64,000 nt of DNA from a virus (taxonomy: Duplodnaviria > Caudoviricetes). The DNA lies in the IMG/VR virus record IMGVR_UViG_3300031994_000043, positions 32,001 through 96,000 of that record. One strand, given 5' to 3'. Positions 6,327 through 15,412 of this stretch are shown here, piece after piece. The notes below the pieces were generated by a model. The model ran no database searches. It saw nothing but the letters and a program-made list of their open reading frames with translations, and had not been told where the DNA came from. Within the stretch, counting starts at the first letter, position 1. The number at the start of each line of letters is the position of its first letter. Position numbers and translations under genes: made by a program.

Positions 6327-7532
6327 TTACTTAAATTCGTTCTGGATACGGACAATGCTAGTATAGAGAGCGTTCAGTGCGTTCACTTCCATACCATTTT
6401 CGTCCTTGACGCGGATTGGGCAGCTCTTACCGACCAACTTCGTCCACTTCTGCTTCTTTTCACGAGCAGTTTCTACTGCGTTCGTGTACACTTCCACCTG
6501 GATTTCCTTGGCGAGATGGGTGAGGAAGTAGTAGTAGTTAGTTGCGTACTTCTTGCCGAGTTCGGTCGGAGAATCAGGAGTTCCCATCTTGGATTCCTGT
6601 TCGTGGAGATACTGGCACACAGACTGTCCGAGCTGTACTGCCTCAATCTTGGACTTCTTGCAGAGGCTTTCTACCTTCTTGCCGAACTCCTTTTCAAAGT
6701 CCTTGGATTCCATAAGAGCCTTAGCATCCATACCAGTACCATGCTGAGCATAGTAGGTCTTGAACTTGGCAGCGATTGCCTGACCCACATAACCGGCACA
6801 GGATTCCTGGAGAATACCGAGACCCTTGTTGCCTTCAAACAAACCCTTTTCTGTTGCCATATCAAGGAAGTTTGCGAAATGAACCCAGGTACGGCGGGAT
6901 GGGAGAATACCATCAAAGCTCTTACCGGCCGTCTTGCTAGCCTGGGCATTGGAATACGGGTCAAGGTCACCGGAGTACTGGGAGATGTAACCCGTGACAA
7001 CGCGGTTCACACCAGCTTCAGTTGCCCAGTCAAGCCATTCCTGAACAGTCGGAGTGAAATTGTACACAACGAAACGGTCCATCTTTGCCGGGTCAAATTC
7101 TTCAACATCATAGTTACCATCGTCACCCGGATTGATGGCACAAATGACGTGTGAACCCGGAGCAAGCTTGAAGTTCAAAATCTTGTGGTCAAGGCCCAGC
7201 TGCATCATAGCATTGGTGACGAGGGTAGTACCACGGTTGATTTCATCCAGGAACAGAGTTACCGGGAGCGGATTGCCGTGTTCGTCCTTCTTATACCAAT
7301 ATGGCGGAACGAATTCGGTTTCACCAGTTTCGGAATTGATGCGAGGAAGACCAATAAGGTCACCGACATCGGAAATCTGGGAGGCCTGGAATTCAATACA
7401 GTCCTGATGCCAAACATTCTTTGCGAGCCAGCGAATGACTTCGGTCTTACCGATGCCGTGCGGGCCCTTCAACATCACGGTGTGAGAGTTAGGAGTTGCT
7501 GCGAGAACCATCTTGAGAGTCTGAATATCCAT
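6327..7532 (-). CDS. MoxR-like AAA+ ATPase
   Basis: Walker A GPHGIGKT, Walker B LFLDEINR, sensor AIN, arginine finger DPAKMDRF, PSRRTW. Confidence 0.9.
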   Translation of the reverse strand: MDIQTLKMVLAATPNSHTVMLKGPHGIGKTEVIRWLAKNVWHQDCIEFQASQISDVGDLIGLPRINSETGETEFVPPYWYKKDEHGNPLPVTLFLDEINRGTTLVTNAMMQLGLDHKILNFKLAPGSHVICAINPGDDGNYDVEEFDPAKMDRFVVYNFTPTVQEWLDWATEAGVNRVVTGYISQYSGDLDPYSNAQASKTAGKSFDGILPSRRTWVHFANFLDMATEKGLFEGNKGLGILQESCAGYVGQAIAAKFKTYYAQHGTGMDAKALMESKDFEKEFGKKVESLCKKSKIEAVQLGQSVCQYLHEQESKMGTPDSPTELGKKYATNYYYFLTHLAKEIQVEVYTNAVETAREKKQKWTKLVGKSCPIRVKDENGMEVNALNALYTSIVRIQNEFK

Positions 7533-7596
7533 AATTTATCTTTTTTCCTTTTTGTTTTATGGTGATTGTTTCAGTTAGTTAAAAATTACAAGTTAA

Positions 7597-7653
7597 AATA
7601 TAGTTTCTGTTTTTTGCCTTGTCAATGGTAGGTTTTGTAAAATGATTTTTACA
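7597..7653 (-). promoter_or_regulatory. early promoter with palindromic box
   Basis: TTGACA (7620-7625)-N17-TATATT; TGTAAA-N6-TTTACA at 7636-7653. Confidence 0.8.
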
Positions 7654-7655
7654 TT

Positions 7656-8033
7656 TTAGAAATCTTCCATCAACGCAGCGAGACGTTTCTTTTGGAAATG
7701 TGCCTTGTATTCCTTACACAGTTCACCCAAATGTTCACACAACATTTCATCTGTGTAAGTCCACGCCGGAACACATCCATTGAAGACGAAATCCTTATTT
7801 CCCAGGCTATCCTGCATATCTTCTACAGTTTCCAAACACGCATAAACGCATTCATCAATCATAGACAGAATGTAGCCTGAATTGTTCAGGAAACTTTCTT
7901 CATTGACATAAGCCATGACCGGTTCGTGCTTCATCCGTTCAGGGTCATTCAAAATCGCCTGGGAGTTCTGGTCTACATAAAGACCCAGGAGCATTACAAT
8001 TTTGTTAAACCTTTCAATACCTTCTGTTACCAT
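7656..8033 (-). CDS. hypothetical protein, DF-tail family
   Basis: Start moved to MVTEG (GAGG SD, downstream of promoter); ends KKRLAALMEDF. Confidence 0.8.
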   Translation of the reverse strand: MVTEGIERFNKIVMLLGLYVDQNSQAILNDPERMKHEPVMAYVNEESFLNNSGYILSMIDECVYACLETVEDMQDSLGNKDFVFNGCVPAWTYTDEMLCEHLGELCKEYKAHFQKKRLAALMEDF

Positions 8034-8063
8034 TGAAACCTCTTGTTGTTCGTTTCGTATTAT

Positions 8064-8130
8064 AATATAGTAAAAGAAAAACGGCTTGTCAATGGACAAA
8101 CCGCTTAAATTGTGTAAAAAGATGTTTACA
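8064..8130 (-). promoter_or_regulatory. early promoter with palindromic box
   Basis: TTGACA (8087-8092)-N17-TATATT; TGTAAA-N6-TTTACA at 8113-8130. Confidence 0.8.
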
Positions 8131-8131
8131 A

Positions 8132-8311
8132 TTAGTAATCTTCGTCTGAGTCACTCAAACCTATACCACACGCTTCATCCCATCCTTCCTTTTCAATAAT
8201 GTCCTGGACAGTATCTGCGTCAATATACATTAGTAACTGCTCTACAACTTCAGCTGCGTCTAAGGCACCATCTTGTGCGGCAGTTAAGAGTTTTTCCTTT
8301 ATATCTTCCAT
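8132..8311 (-). CDS. small acidic protein, 59 aa
   Basis: Hand translation MEDIKEKLLTAAQDGALDAAEVVEQLLMYIDADTVQDIIEKEGWDEACGIGLSDSDEDY; AAGGAG SD. Confidence 0.75.
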   Translation of the reverse strand: MEDIKEKLLTAAQDGALDAAEVVEQLLMYIDADTVQDIIEKEGWDEACGIGLSDSDEDY

Positions 8312-8326
8312 TTATAATCTCCTTTA

Positions 8327-8893
8327 TTAAAAATCGTTTGCGATGTTTGCTTGTTTACAGAAACTTTGTTTGTATTTCTTTTTTATATCTTTGATTTCAC
8401 CATTTATTCTTTCTATATCCGCTATTCGTTGTTTGTACTGATCCGTCCAATTTCTTAAATCCTGAGAATTTTGTAATGATTTACATATTTTCAAATAAGT
8501 TAATAGTTCTGTATAAGCCTTTTCTAAATCATCTACTGTATATATAGGAACTGGTTCACTACTCCATCTTCTGAAAAATTGAGGTGGAATCTTTCCTTTT
8601 TCCAAAAACAAATCTACATCGTAATTACTTATATTACTTAAATCTGCTGGCTTATAATAGAATACCGGGGCTTTAACTGTTTTTCGCCCATTCATAGTCC
8701 AAACATATCTTTCAAAATTCATTAAAGAACTTCCATCGTGTTTGTATGAATCACCAGAAAATTCAAAGACATCCCACTTTGGTCTGCGCTCAAAGTACTG
8801 TTTTGTTTCTGGGATTTGGGCAAATCGTATACTGTTAAACCCCATTGTTATTTCGTGCTTCGCACACCATTCTTTTATTTCTTTCCATATCAT
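8327..8893 (-). CDS. hypothetical protein, DF-tail family
   Basis: Ends FCKQANIANDF. Confidence 0.8.
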   Translation of the reverse strand: MIWKEIKEWCAKHEITMGFNSIRFAQIPETKQYFERRPKWDVFEFSGDSYKHDGSSLMNFERYVWTMNGRKTVKAPVFYYKPADLSNISNYDVDLFLEKGKIPPQFFRRWSSEPVPIYTVDDLEKAYTELLTYLKICKSLQNSQDLRNWTDQYKQRIADIERINGEIKDIKKKYKQSFCKQANIANDF

Positions 8894-8953
8894 TTTTAAA
8901 AATCCTCATTTAATTTGTTTAATTTAGTAAATTTCCTTAAACCTTCCAATACA

Positions 8954-9334
8954 CTAAAAATCGCTTTGAATACGATTTAGTTTCATTTCATACTTCTTCT
9001 GCTTGATTTCTTTTTCCAATTCTAGCCACTTTAAGTGCAATTGTCCGACTTTGTAAATTAAGGTATTATCATCGCATAATTCCATCCTAAATGTAGTATT
9101 TTCCCATATAAGTTCATAACTTTCTAATTCCAAAGTATTCTTATCCCTATGTTCTAACCAATGCCATTCGTACTTTTCACGGACATTCAATAAACACTTA
9201 TTCATCCCATAACTTACTACCCACTGCGTACCTTCCCCAAATCGCAGATATCGCATACCACCTCTATCCCTAGTTTCTACCATATTGAACTTTTCTTTCA
9301 ATAAGTCCATTACTTCATCCTGCGACATTATCAT
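8954..9334 (-). CDS. hypothetical protein, DF-tail family
   Basis: Ends EMKLNRIQSDF. Confidence 0.8.
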   Translation of the reverse strand: MIMSQDEVMDLLKEKFNMVETRDRGGMRYLRFGEGTQWVVSYGMNKCLLNVREKYEWHWLEHRDKNTLELESYELIWENTTFRMELCDDNTLIYKVGQLHLKWLELEKEIKQKKYEMKLNRIQSDF

Positions 9335-9863
9335 ACTTTAACTCCAATTTCGTTACTTCATCGTGTATAATACCAATAGGATAATAACTGTCCGAATGAT
9401 CAGTATAACACTCAAATATAGTCTTATGCTTACACTTAACCTTCAAATGAATCTTATATATCTTCTTATCAACCCACGAATCTTTTACTTCTTTTTCAAT
9501 CCTTTGATTTTCTGTATAACTGCAATTTAAGTCAAATGCTTCTAGATTCTTCGTCAAGCACAGTTCTTTATTTTTAATTTGATATAACCCGGCATAACTA
9601 CGATAACCATCGTCCTTATCTACAAAACAAATCCAATTATAATATAAATCCTTGTTCTTCATTGTAACAAAGTAAACTTGTTCACACCATCCTTCACTAT
9701 ATCCTTTATGATAAGAACAATCTTTTACTTCATTTCCCCTTTCATTATATACTTTAATCGTACTTTCTTCAAATTCATTACTTATTGTTTGTAACTTATG
9801 TAACATCGCCAATACTTTCTTGGCTCTGTCTAAATCAGTCCTTTCTATCCCTATTAACTTCAT
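9315..9863 (-). CDS. hypothetical protein (no DF tail)
   Basis: Start moved to MKLIG, adjacent to the upstream stop. Confidence 0.7.
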   Translation of the reverse strand: MKLIGIERTDLDRAKKVLAMLHKLQTISNEFEESTIKVYNERGNEVKDCSYHKGYSEGWCEQVYFVTMKNKDLYYNWICFVDKDDGYRSYAGLYQIKNKELCLTKNLEAFDLNCSYTENQRIEKEVKDSWVDKKIYKIHLKVKCKHKTIFECYTDHSDSYYPIGIIHDEVTKLELKYDNVAG

Positions 9864-9864
9864 T

Positions 9865-10227
9865 TTAAAAATCTTCCTTAATCTTGTCAATTTTCTTTTG
9901 TTCTTGCCACTTTTTACTCTTTTCTATATCCTTATTAAAATGCTCAATAACCTGCTCCATCTTCCATAAATCACATCTGTATTCCTTTCGCTTTTCCTTC
10001 CCACCAATCCTTGCTATATAATAAAAACTCTTCGTATCATTATGATAATATAACCTTATAAACGTGTCACTCATTTCACAGTCACCAAATAATAACGGCA
10101 AATCCCCATAATATACCATTTCATAGAAAAAATCGTCTTCTACATGGTGCTTCAATATAGGGCACTTTTCTAGCAATTCACTGATTACTTCATCTTTTTT
10201 ATATCGCTTTAGTATCTTCATATCCAT
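9865..10227 (-). CDS. hypothetical protein, DF-tail family
   Basis: Ends QKKIDKIKEDF. Confidence 0.8.
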   Translation of the reverse strand: MDMKILKRYKKDEVISELLEKCPILKHHVEDDFFYEMVYYGDLPLLFGDCEMSDTFIRLYYHNDTKSFYYIARIGGKEKRKEYRCDLWKMEQVIEHFNKDIEKSKKWQEQKKIDKIKEDF

Positions 10228-10405
10228 AATATAATAACTTTTCCAGGTTTTTCCAATATATACCGCGTTTTCAAAAAATTTTTTATTTTAAGTATAAACT
10301 TCACATAAAGTGGGTCAAACAAAAGTCTCGGTAGGTATGCCACATTATGAAGTACTTTCCGGTCGCAGATTTCACAAATAAATACCATAGGAAGTATTGG
10401 ACAGT

Positions 10406-10819
10406 TTAGAAATCATCCTTTATCTTTTTTAATTTAATATATTCCTTCATTCGTTTAATCTCATTAGAAATAAACCCACATAAATCTTCTATATCTTTAG
10501 ATGTAGGGGATAAATTTATTAGATACTCATTGTACTTACTAATTATATTATTATTTTTATCAATACAAGCTATACCTGTATATCCATAATAAGGTAAATT
10601 TTGAACATACTCTAAATGATGTGGATAAAGTAATCTATCTTTATCATAGAATATAAGAACACATTGGCCTTCGTCTTTAAAGTAATACTGAGCATACAGA
10701 TAAATTGAATAATTAGAAGGATGGTCAATGATAGCTTCTTTAGGGAAGTGAAGGTATAGGGCTTCTTTTACTCTATAATAGTTTTTAATTTGAGTTCTTT
10801 TGGTATTAGATTTAGTCAT
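10406..10819 (-). CDS. hypothetical protein, DF-tail family
   Basis: Ends YIKLKKIKDDF. Confidence 0.8.
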   Translation of the reverse strand: MTKSNTKRTQIKNYYRVKEALYLHFPKEAIIDHPSNYSIYLYAQYYFKDEGQCVLIFYDKDRLLYPHHLEYVQNLPYYGYTGIACIDKNNNIISKYNEYLINLSPTSKDIEDLCGFISNEIKRMKEYIKLKKIKDDF

Positions 10820-11174
10820 TGAAGTCCTCGGAAAGTTTAGATAAGCGTTTATTTTGTATAGATTCTTTGTATCGTTTAACTGCCTCTGTATAGTTGAATT
10901 TGAGTTGTTTTAGTTTAGTTCTTATTTCTTCAATAGAAAAGACAACATCGGCAGAGAAGTAGCACCATTCAAATTTATCCTGTTTAGTGAAAACGTATAT
11001 ATCGTGAGCAACATACCAAGCCGTAGAATCGTGCCAGATTAGATGAGTATTATAGGACACATTCTTTTGGGCTATATCTATGAAATCATACTCTAAAATT
11101 TTAGGAGTATTGACTTTCACATATAGGCCGAGTTCTTTTAAGAGAGAAGGTGGAAGTTCATTGAAAGGTAGCAT
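10812..11174 (-). CDS. hypothetical protein, DF-tail family
   Basis: Ends NKRLSKLSEDFND. Confidence 0.8.
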   Translation of the reverse strand: MLPFNELPPSLLKELGLYVKVNTPKILEYDFIDIAQKNVSYNTHLIWHDSTAWYVAHDIYVFTKQDKFEWCYFSADVVFSIEEIRTKLKQLKFNYTEAVKRYKESIQNKRLSKLSEDFND

Positions 11175-11176
11175 TT

Positions 11177-11500
11177 TTAGAAGTCCTTTTCTATATTAGA
11201 AAGTTTCTGTTCTATTTTATATGTTTTATAGAGAGAGATGGCAGCATTGTATTCTTTTTGCATCTCAGCAAAGTACTGTTCATACTCTTCAGGATAGATT
11301 CTTTCCCAACCTGCATACTCTATACAAGTTTCTGTCGCAAAGATATGAGTCGCGGCAAAGACATTATAAGGTGCAATCTTACTAAATGCGAACAAATTAC
11401 CAACAATAGGATAGTGACAAGGGTTTTTGAAATTATAATAGTTTTTAAGAGCGAGCTGTTCTAAATCGTATTCTCTAATGTAATCTTCTAAAGTTTTCAT
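11177..11500 (-). CDS. hypothetical protein, DF-tail family
   Basis: Ends EQKLSNIEKDF. Confidence 0.8.
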   Translation of the reverse strand: MKTLEDYIREYDLEQLALKNYYNFKNPCHYPIVGNLFAFSKIAPYNVFAATHIFATETCIEYAGWERIYPEEYEQYFAEMQKEYNAAISLYKTYKIEQKLSNIEKDF

Positions 11501-11865
11501 TGAAAGTCCTGTTTGATTTTGAGTTCTCTTAATTTGTTTTGAATTTCTTTAATTTGTTTAAGATACTTATAACATTCTTTTTTGAATAGAGCGAGAGAAG
11601 GTGCTTTAATCTTACGAAAAGACTCTATGAGAACGGCAGTTTCATCACTATCTTTTTCCATAGGTCGTATTCTTCCATTACTATCTAATTCTAGTTTGTA
11701 TGGAATAAAGAGAAATTCATTATCATACTGTAAGATAGTATAACTACACCGCGGGCCAAAAAGAATCTGGCCATTTAATTCAAAATACCCTTGATATTCT
11801 TTTAGTGCATCAGAATGGAAAATTTCTTTAGCTGCATTAAAATAATCTTCATAAGTGTGTTTCAT
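11497..11865 (-). CDS. hypothetical protein, DF-tail family
   Basis: Start moved to MKHTYE (ATGA overlap with the upstream stop); ends LRELKIKQDFQ. Confidence 0.8.
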   Translation of the reverse strand: MKHTYEDYFNAAKEIFHSDALKEYQGYFELNGQILFGPRCSYTILQYDNEFLFIPYKLELDSNGRIRPMEKDSDETAVLIESFRKIKAPSLALFKKECYKYLKQIKEIQNKLRELKIKQDFQ

Positions 11866-12212
11866 ACAAAATCCTTTTGCATTTTCATAAGTTTTCGGTG
11901 TGTTATTCTTTCTTTGCCTTCTTTGATTCTTTTCTTTATAGAGGTTCTCAAATGATAGAGATGGTTTCTTACTTCGTTCTCTGTTTGGAAATTTATAGAG
12001 CCAGCATAACCCCACCAAAAATGAGTGTCATCGTTATTCATATAGATTTGCTTTGCCATTCCAAAACTGCCATTCTCATAGAACCACAGTAAATGCCCAG
12101 AGTCTGGAGTGAAGTCTCTAAATCCATATTCAAGTCGGTCTGTATCTGTATCATAGTTTATTTTGACTAAATTTAATTCGTCTATGAGAGATTGAGAGAG
12201 CTGTGCTATCAT
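11862..12212 (-). CDS. hypothetical protein, DF-tail family
   Basis: Ends HRKLMKMQKDFV. Confidence 0.8.
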   Translation of the reverse strand: MIAQLSQSLIDELNLVKINYDTDTDRLEYGFRDFTPDSGHLLWFYENGSFGMAKQIYMNNDDTHFWWGYAGSINFQTENEVRNHLYHLRTSIKKRIKEGKERITHRKLMKMQKDFV

Positions 12213-12631
12213 TAGAAGTCCTTTTTCATATTAGCAAGTTTCTTATTTACAAGTTTTTCTTTTTCACATTTCTTATAGAATTGAAGGAGATTAAATTGTG
12301 CTTCTGCCCATTGAGAGAGAATTTGGAAATTGAATTTATCTGTATCTTCTACTTTATAACTAGCAGTATTACAAGAGAAGGAGTGTTTCCCTGTCGGAAG
12401 GAAAGAATACACCATAGTATCATACTCAATAGAGAGATAGCCAGTTCTAACATTACCTGAGACATAGACTGAACTAATCTTCTCCTCACCAAAATTTAAA
12501 CAAGAAAAACAATAGAAATCGTCATTACATCTTCTTTTAAGAGAACTACTGTAATTGTAATCATACTTTGTTAGAGTATCTTTTATTTTGTCCAAAAAGG
12601 TTCGGAGTTCAGTGTATTCGTCTTTTTTCAT
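12212..12631 (-). CDS. hypothetical protein, DF-tail family
   Basis: Ends NKKLANMKKDF. Confidence 0.8.
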   Translation of the reverse strand: MKKDEYTELRTFLDKIKDTLTKYDYNYSSSLKRRCNDDFYCFSCLNFGEEKISSVYVSGNVRTGYLSIEYDTMVYSFLPTGKHSFSCNTASYKVEDTDKFNFQILSQWAEAQFNLLQFYKKCEKEKLVNKKLANMKKDF

Positions 12632-13014
12632 TCAAAATCCTTTGATATATCATTTAGTTTATTCTTAATCTTATATGACTTAATCTTATGTTCAAAATCT
12701 ATAATCATCTCATTATAGTCAGATTCTGTAATGTTGTCAATGGTTTCTTTGGAAGAAACTTTTATAACATAATTATATTCTGGCGTATTGAATGGACCTA
12801 TATCCTTATAGATTATACTTCTATCTTCTAATTCGTGGTCAGTGTCATGATAGAATGCACAGGCTTTTTCTGTTTCAGCTAATTTTGGGTTGTATTCGGA
12901 AAAAGTTAGTCCTACATAGAAATTCTTTTTGTAATATGAATACTTTTTAGGATTCCAAGCCAAATATCCGTTTCTCCAATGATTTATAGCACTTTCATAA
13001 GATGTAGATTTCAT
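12628..13014 (-). CDS. hypothetical protein, DF-tail family
   Basis: Ends KNKLNDISKDFE. Confidence 0.8.
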   Translation of the reverse strand: MKSTSYESAINHWRNGYLAWNPKKYSYYKKNFYVGLTFSEYNPKLAETEKACAFYHDTDHELEDRSIIYKDIGPFNTPEYNYVIKVSSKETIDNITESDYNEMIIDFEHKIKSYKIKNKLNDISKDFE

Positions 13015-13391
13015 TCAAAATCTTCCTTCATTTTATTCAGTTTCAAGTATTCTTTCATTCGTAAAATTTCACTGGAAACTATATCACAGATGCGATTATA
13101 TTCCTTTTCTGTATTGAATTTAGCCACAGAGTAATCACGCAAATCCAGTACACGTTTACCATTATTAGATGGAGAAATTCGGTTGTTAGTTTTGTCATAA
13201 TAGAGATTTTCCGCATAAAGTATGTTTTTGTTCTCTTTGACAATTAGAACATAGGGACACAGTTCATAAGTGAAAATTTTACTACCGTCCAAAAATGCAG
13301 ATTTGGCACCGTCATTGATGTAAAGAACCTTTTCAGGAAATCTTTTTAAAAGAACACTTTTAAGCAGTTCAAATACTTGTTTATCAGTCAT
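13011..13391 (-). CDS. hypothetical protein, DF-tail family
   Basis: Ends YLKLNKMKEDFE. Confidence 0.8.
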   Translation of the reverse strand: MTDKQVFELLKSVLLKRFPEKVLYINDGAKSAFLDGSKIFTYELCPYVLIVKENKNILYAENLYYDKTNNRISPSNNGKRVLDLRDYSVAKFNTEKEYNRICDIVSSEILRMKEYLKLNKMKEDFE

Positions 13392-13582
13392 TAAAAATCT
13401 TCCTCCATTTTCTGTAAACGGCGGTCAATTTTATCTATCTTTCGGTCATATTCAGTTTGTTGTTTAGCCAATACTGCACTACGAAGATTTGTTTTCGCAA
13501 TCGTATCAGTAAGACCAGTCGCCTGAGCATATCGCTGAGCGGCTCTCTTGGATAAAAATGTTCTGCGACTGATCCAACTCAT
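13391..13582 (-). CDS. small protein, DF-tail family
   Basis: Start moved to MSWISRR (AAGGA SD); ends DRRLQKMEEDF. Confidence 0.75.
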   Translation of the reverse strand: MSWISRRTFLSKRAAQRYAQATGLTDTIAKTNLRSAVLAKQQTEYDRKIDKIDRRLQKMEEDF

Positions 13583-13595
13583 TTTCTTTCCTTTA

Positions 13596-14375
13596 TTAGA
13601 AATCGTCATTGACCTTGTCAAGCTTGGTAATGCGAGCAATCTGCTGGATAATCATATCTTCGTAATTCTTACGAGCTTCTTTCCATTCCTTATCTCGCTT
13701 GTTGTACTGTTTCATTGTGGCCTTGAACGGTTTACCATTAGTCTTAATGTAAGCCAACACATCAGCACACATCTTACCCTGAGCAACCACACGCGGCAGA
13801 TATGCTTCAAACTTATCAAACCAGGCGTTAATTGCTTCAGGAGTGGTGAGAATCCTGACATCATTGCTGGCGTAACGGTCTTCAAAATAGTTCAATTCGT
13901 TGTCTCGGAACAAACGATAGGACAGCGGAACCTTAATGTAGGTAGACGAGGCCTTAATGTTGCCTTCGTACATAAATTCAGTTTCCACATTATCCAAATC
14001 GCAAGCAATCATACACGGACGCTTTGGGTCAAGTGATAGACCGAGAATAAGTTCACCAGTGAACCAACCATCACGGGCATAACAGTACTGCTTTCGCATA
14101 TTCGGAAGTGTTTCCATTCGCAAGCCCTGATAGGTGATGAAATTGCCATTCCAGTCCGGTTCTGTCTTTAGATTTTCAAGCGACAAATTGAGTTTAGACA
14201 AACGATCTGTGACTAGCTGCTCAACATCCTGAGCAGACATGTTGTATGTAAAACCCTGCTTTTGCTTGTTGTGTAAATTGAGAGTAATCGGTCCATTACC
14301 CATATTACCAGCCATCTGTTGATAGAACTGTTGTGCCATTTGCATAATTGAATTTGGAGTAGGTCCATTTGCCAT
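13596..14375 (-). CDS. hypothetical protein, DF-tail family
   Basis: Ends ITKLDKVNDDF. Confidence 0.8.
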   Translation of the reverse strand: MANGPTPNSIMQMAQQFYQQMAGNMGNGPITLNLHNKQKQGFTYNMSAQDVEQLVTDRLSKLNLSLENLKTEPDWNGNFITYQGLRMETLPNMRKQYCYARDGWFTGELILGLSLDPKRPCMIACDLDNVETEFMYEGNIKASSTYIKVPLSYRLFRDNELNYFEDRYASNDVRILTTPEAINAWFDKFEAYLPRVVAQGKMCADVLAYIKTNGKPFKATMKQYNKRDKEWKEARKNYEDMIIQQIARITKLDKVNDDF

Positions 14376-14401
14376 AGTTATTTTTTCCTTTTAGTTTATT
14401 G

Positions 14402-14650
14402 TTAATTTTTCTTCTCAGCTAACAGAAACACATTTATGACGTGTAGAATTAGTGAGAGTGTCATAAGTAATGCGAAGAAAAACCAATTAACCCCGTCCAT
14501 TTTGTCAAATCCACGGGCAATAGGATAGAACACAAGCATTACAATCATTACAGTTGATGCTAAAGTTTCAATAATCAAATTAGGCTTGAAAATTCGCATA
14601 CAAATTGAGATAGCTGCGCAAGCAATTAGAATAGCCAAATCCAAAGTCAT
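14402..14650 (-). CDS. small membrane protein
   Basis: About three hydrophobic segments in 82 aa. Confidence 0.7.
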   Translation of the reverse strand: MTLDLAILIACAAISICMRIFKPNLIIETLASTVMIVMLVFYPIARGFDKMDGVNWFFFALLMTLSLILHVINVFLLAEKKN

Positions 14651-14651
14651 T

Positions 14652-14903
14652 TTAGCCCTCCCTCTTCACAACATCTTCAAATGTTTTGCACTGTTCAAGC
14701 GGAACAATCGGATCACCACAAACAGGGCAACGGGTAATCGGAAAGCTCATTTCCGGTCGGCCTGAGTCATCCAAAATTTCCACAGTGCATTTAGTCAAAT
14801 CACTGGTGATAGAGCAGGTGTGGTTATTATCAGCCCAATGACAAGTAAATTGAATTGGGTGCTTTGTAGAAATAGTATTGAGTTTTTCACAGAATTTGCA
14901 CAT
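14652..14903 (-). CDS. small Cys-rich (Zn-binding) protein
   Basis: Start moved to MCKFC; CxxC...CPVCG. Confidence 0.65.
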   Translation of the reverse strand: MCKFCEKLNTISTKHPIQFTCHWADNNHTCSITSDLTKCTVEILDDSGRPEMSFPITRCPVCGDPIVPLEQCKTFEDVVKREG

Positions 14904-14904
14904 A

Positions 14905-15252
14905 TTACTTACCTTCTTTTTCTGCGTTCTTAATTTCTTCGTCAATTTCGGATTCGTCTGCCCAACCCTTGAGAACACGAACCATAGAAGTTACAATGTT
15001 GTCAATTTCAATGAAACCCTTGGTTTCAGGTTCCCAACCTTCGCAAGAGAACGATGCAGTCTTCAATCCGTCAGTGTTTTCCGGGAACCATTCGCATTCG
15101 TTGAACTTGGAGCAGCGACCACAGGTTGATACACATTCACGCCAGCCATCACGAAAATGACGTTTTCCCTTGTACTGGGTTGCGGTGAATGTAAGTTCTT
15201 CACCATTGATGGTAGCAGTGCGAGTGATAGATTTAATTGCCTTCATAGCCAT
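14905..15252 (-). CDS. hypothetical Cys-containing protein
   Basis: GAGG SD; CxxCxxxxxC motif. Confidence 0.7.
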   Translation of the reverse strand: MAMKAIKSITRTATINGEELTFTATQYKGKRHFRDGWRECVSTCGRCSKFNECEWFPENTDGLKTASFSCEGWEPETKGFIEIDNIVTSMVRVLKGWADESEIDEEIKNAEKEGK

Positions 15253-15283
15253 AGTTGTACCTCTTGTTTTAGTTTCTAAGTAT

Positions 15284-15410
15284 AAAATAGAAAAAATTTA
15301 GCGGTTTGTCAATAAGAAAATCACCAAATTATGTAAAATTATGTTTACAATAAAAATTAACGCAGTTTGTCAATAAACAAACTGCGAAATTGTGTTAATT
15401 TTTGTTTACA
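15284..15410 (-). promoter_or_regulatory. early promoter with palindromic box, a second imperfect copy and a hairpin
   Basis: TTGACA (15307-15312)-N17-TATTTT; boxes at 15332-15349 and 15393-15410; hairpin CGCAGTTTGT...ACAAACTGCG at 15361-15386. Confidence 0.7.
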
Positions 15411-15412
15411 AT

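Noticed and set aside
4712-7565. Long plus-strand ORFs (4712-5956, 6516-7154 and others)
   Set aside because: Antisense shadows of the GC-richer vWA and ATPase genes; the LALSL pattern is the reverse of the GQ repeat.
7636-7653. Literal TyrR regulation
   Set aside because: Only the motif matches; there is no evidence for host identity or aromatic amino acid genes, so the regulator is left unassigned.
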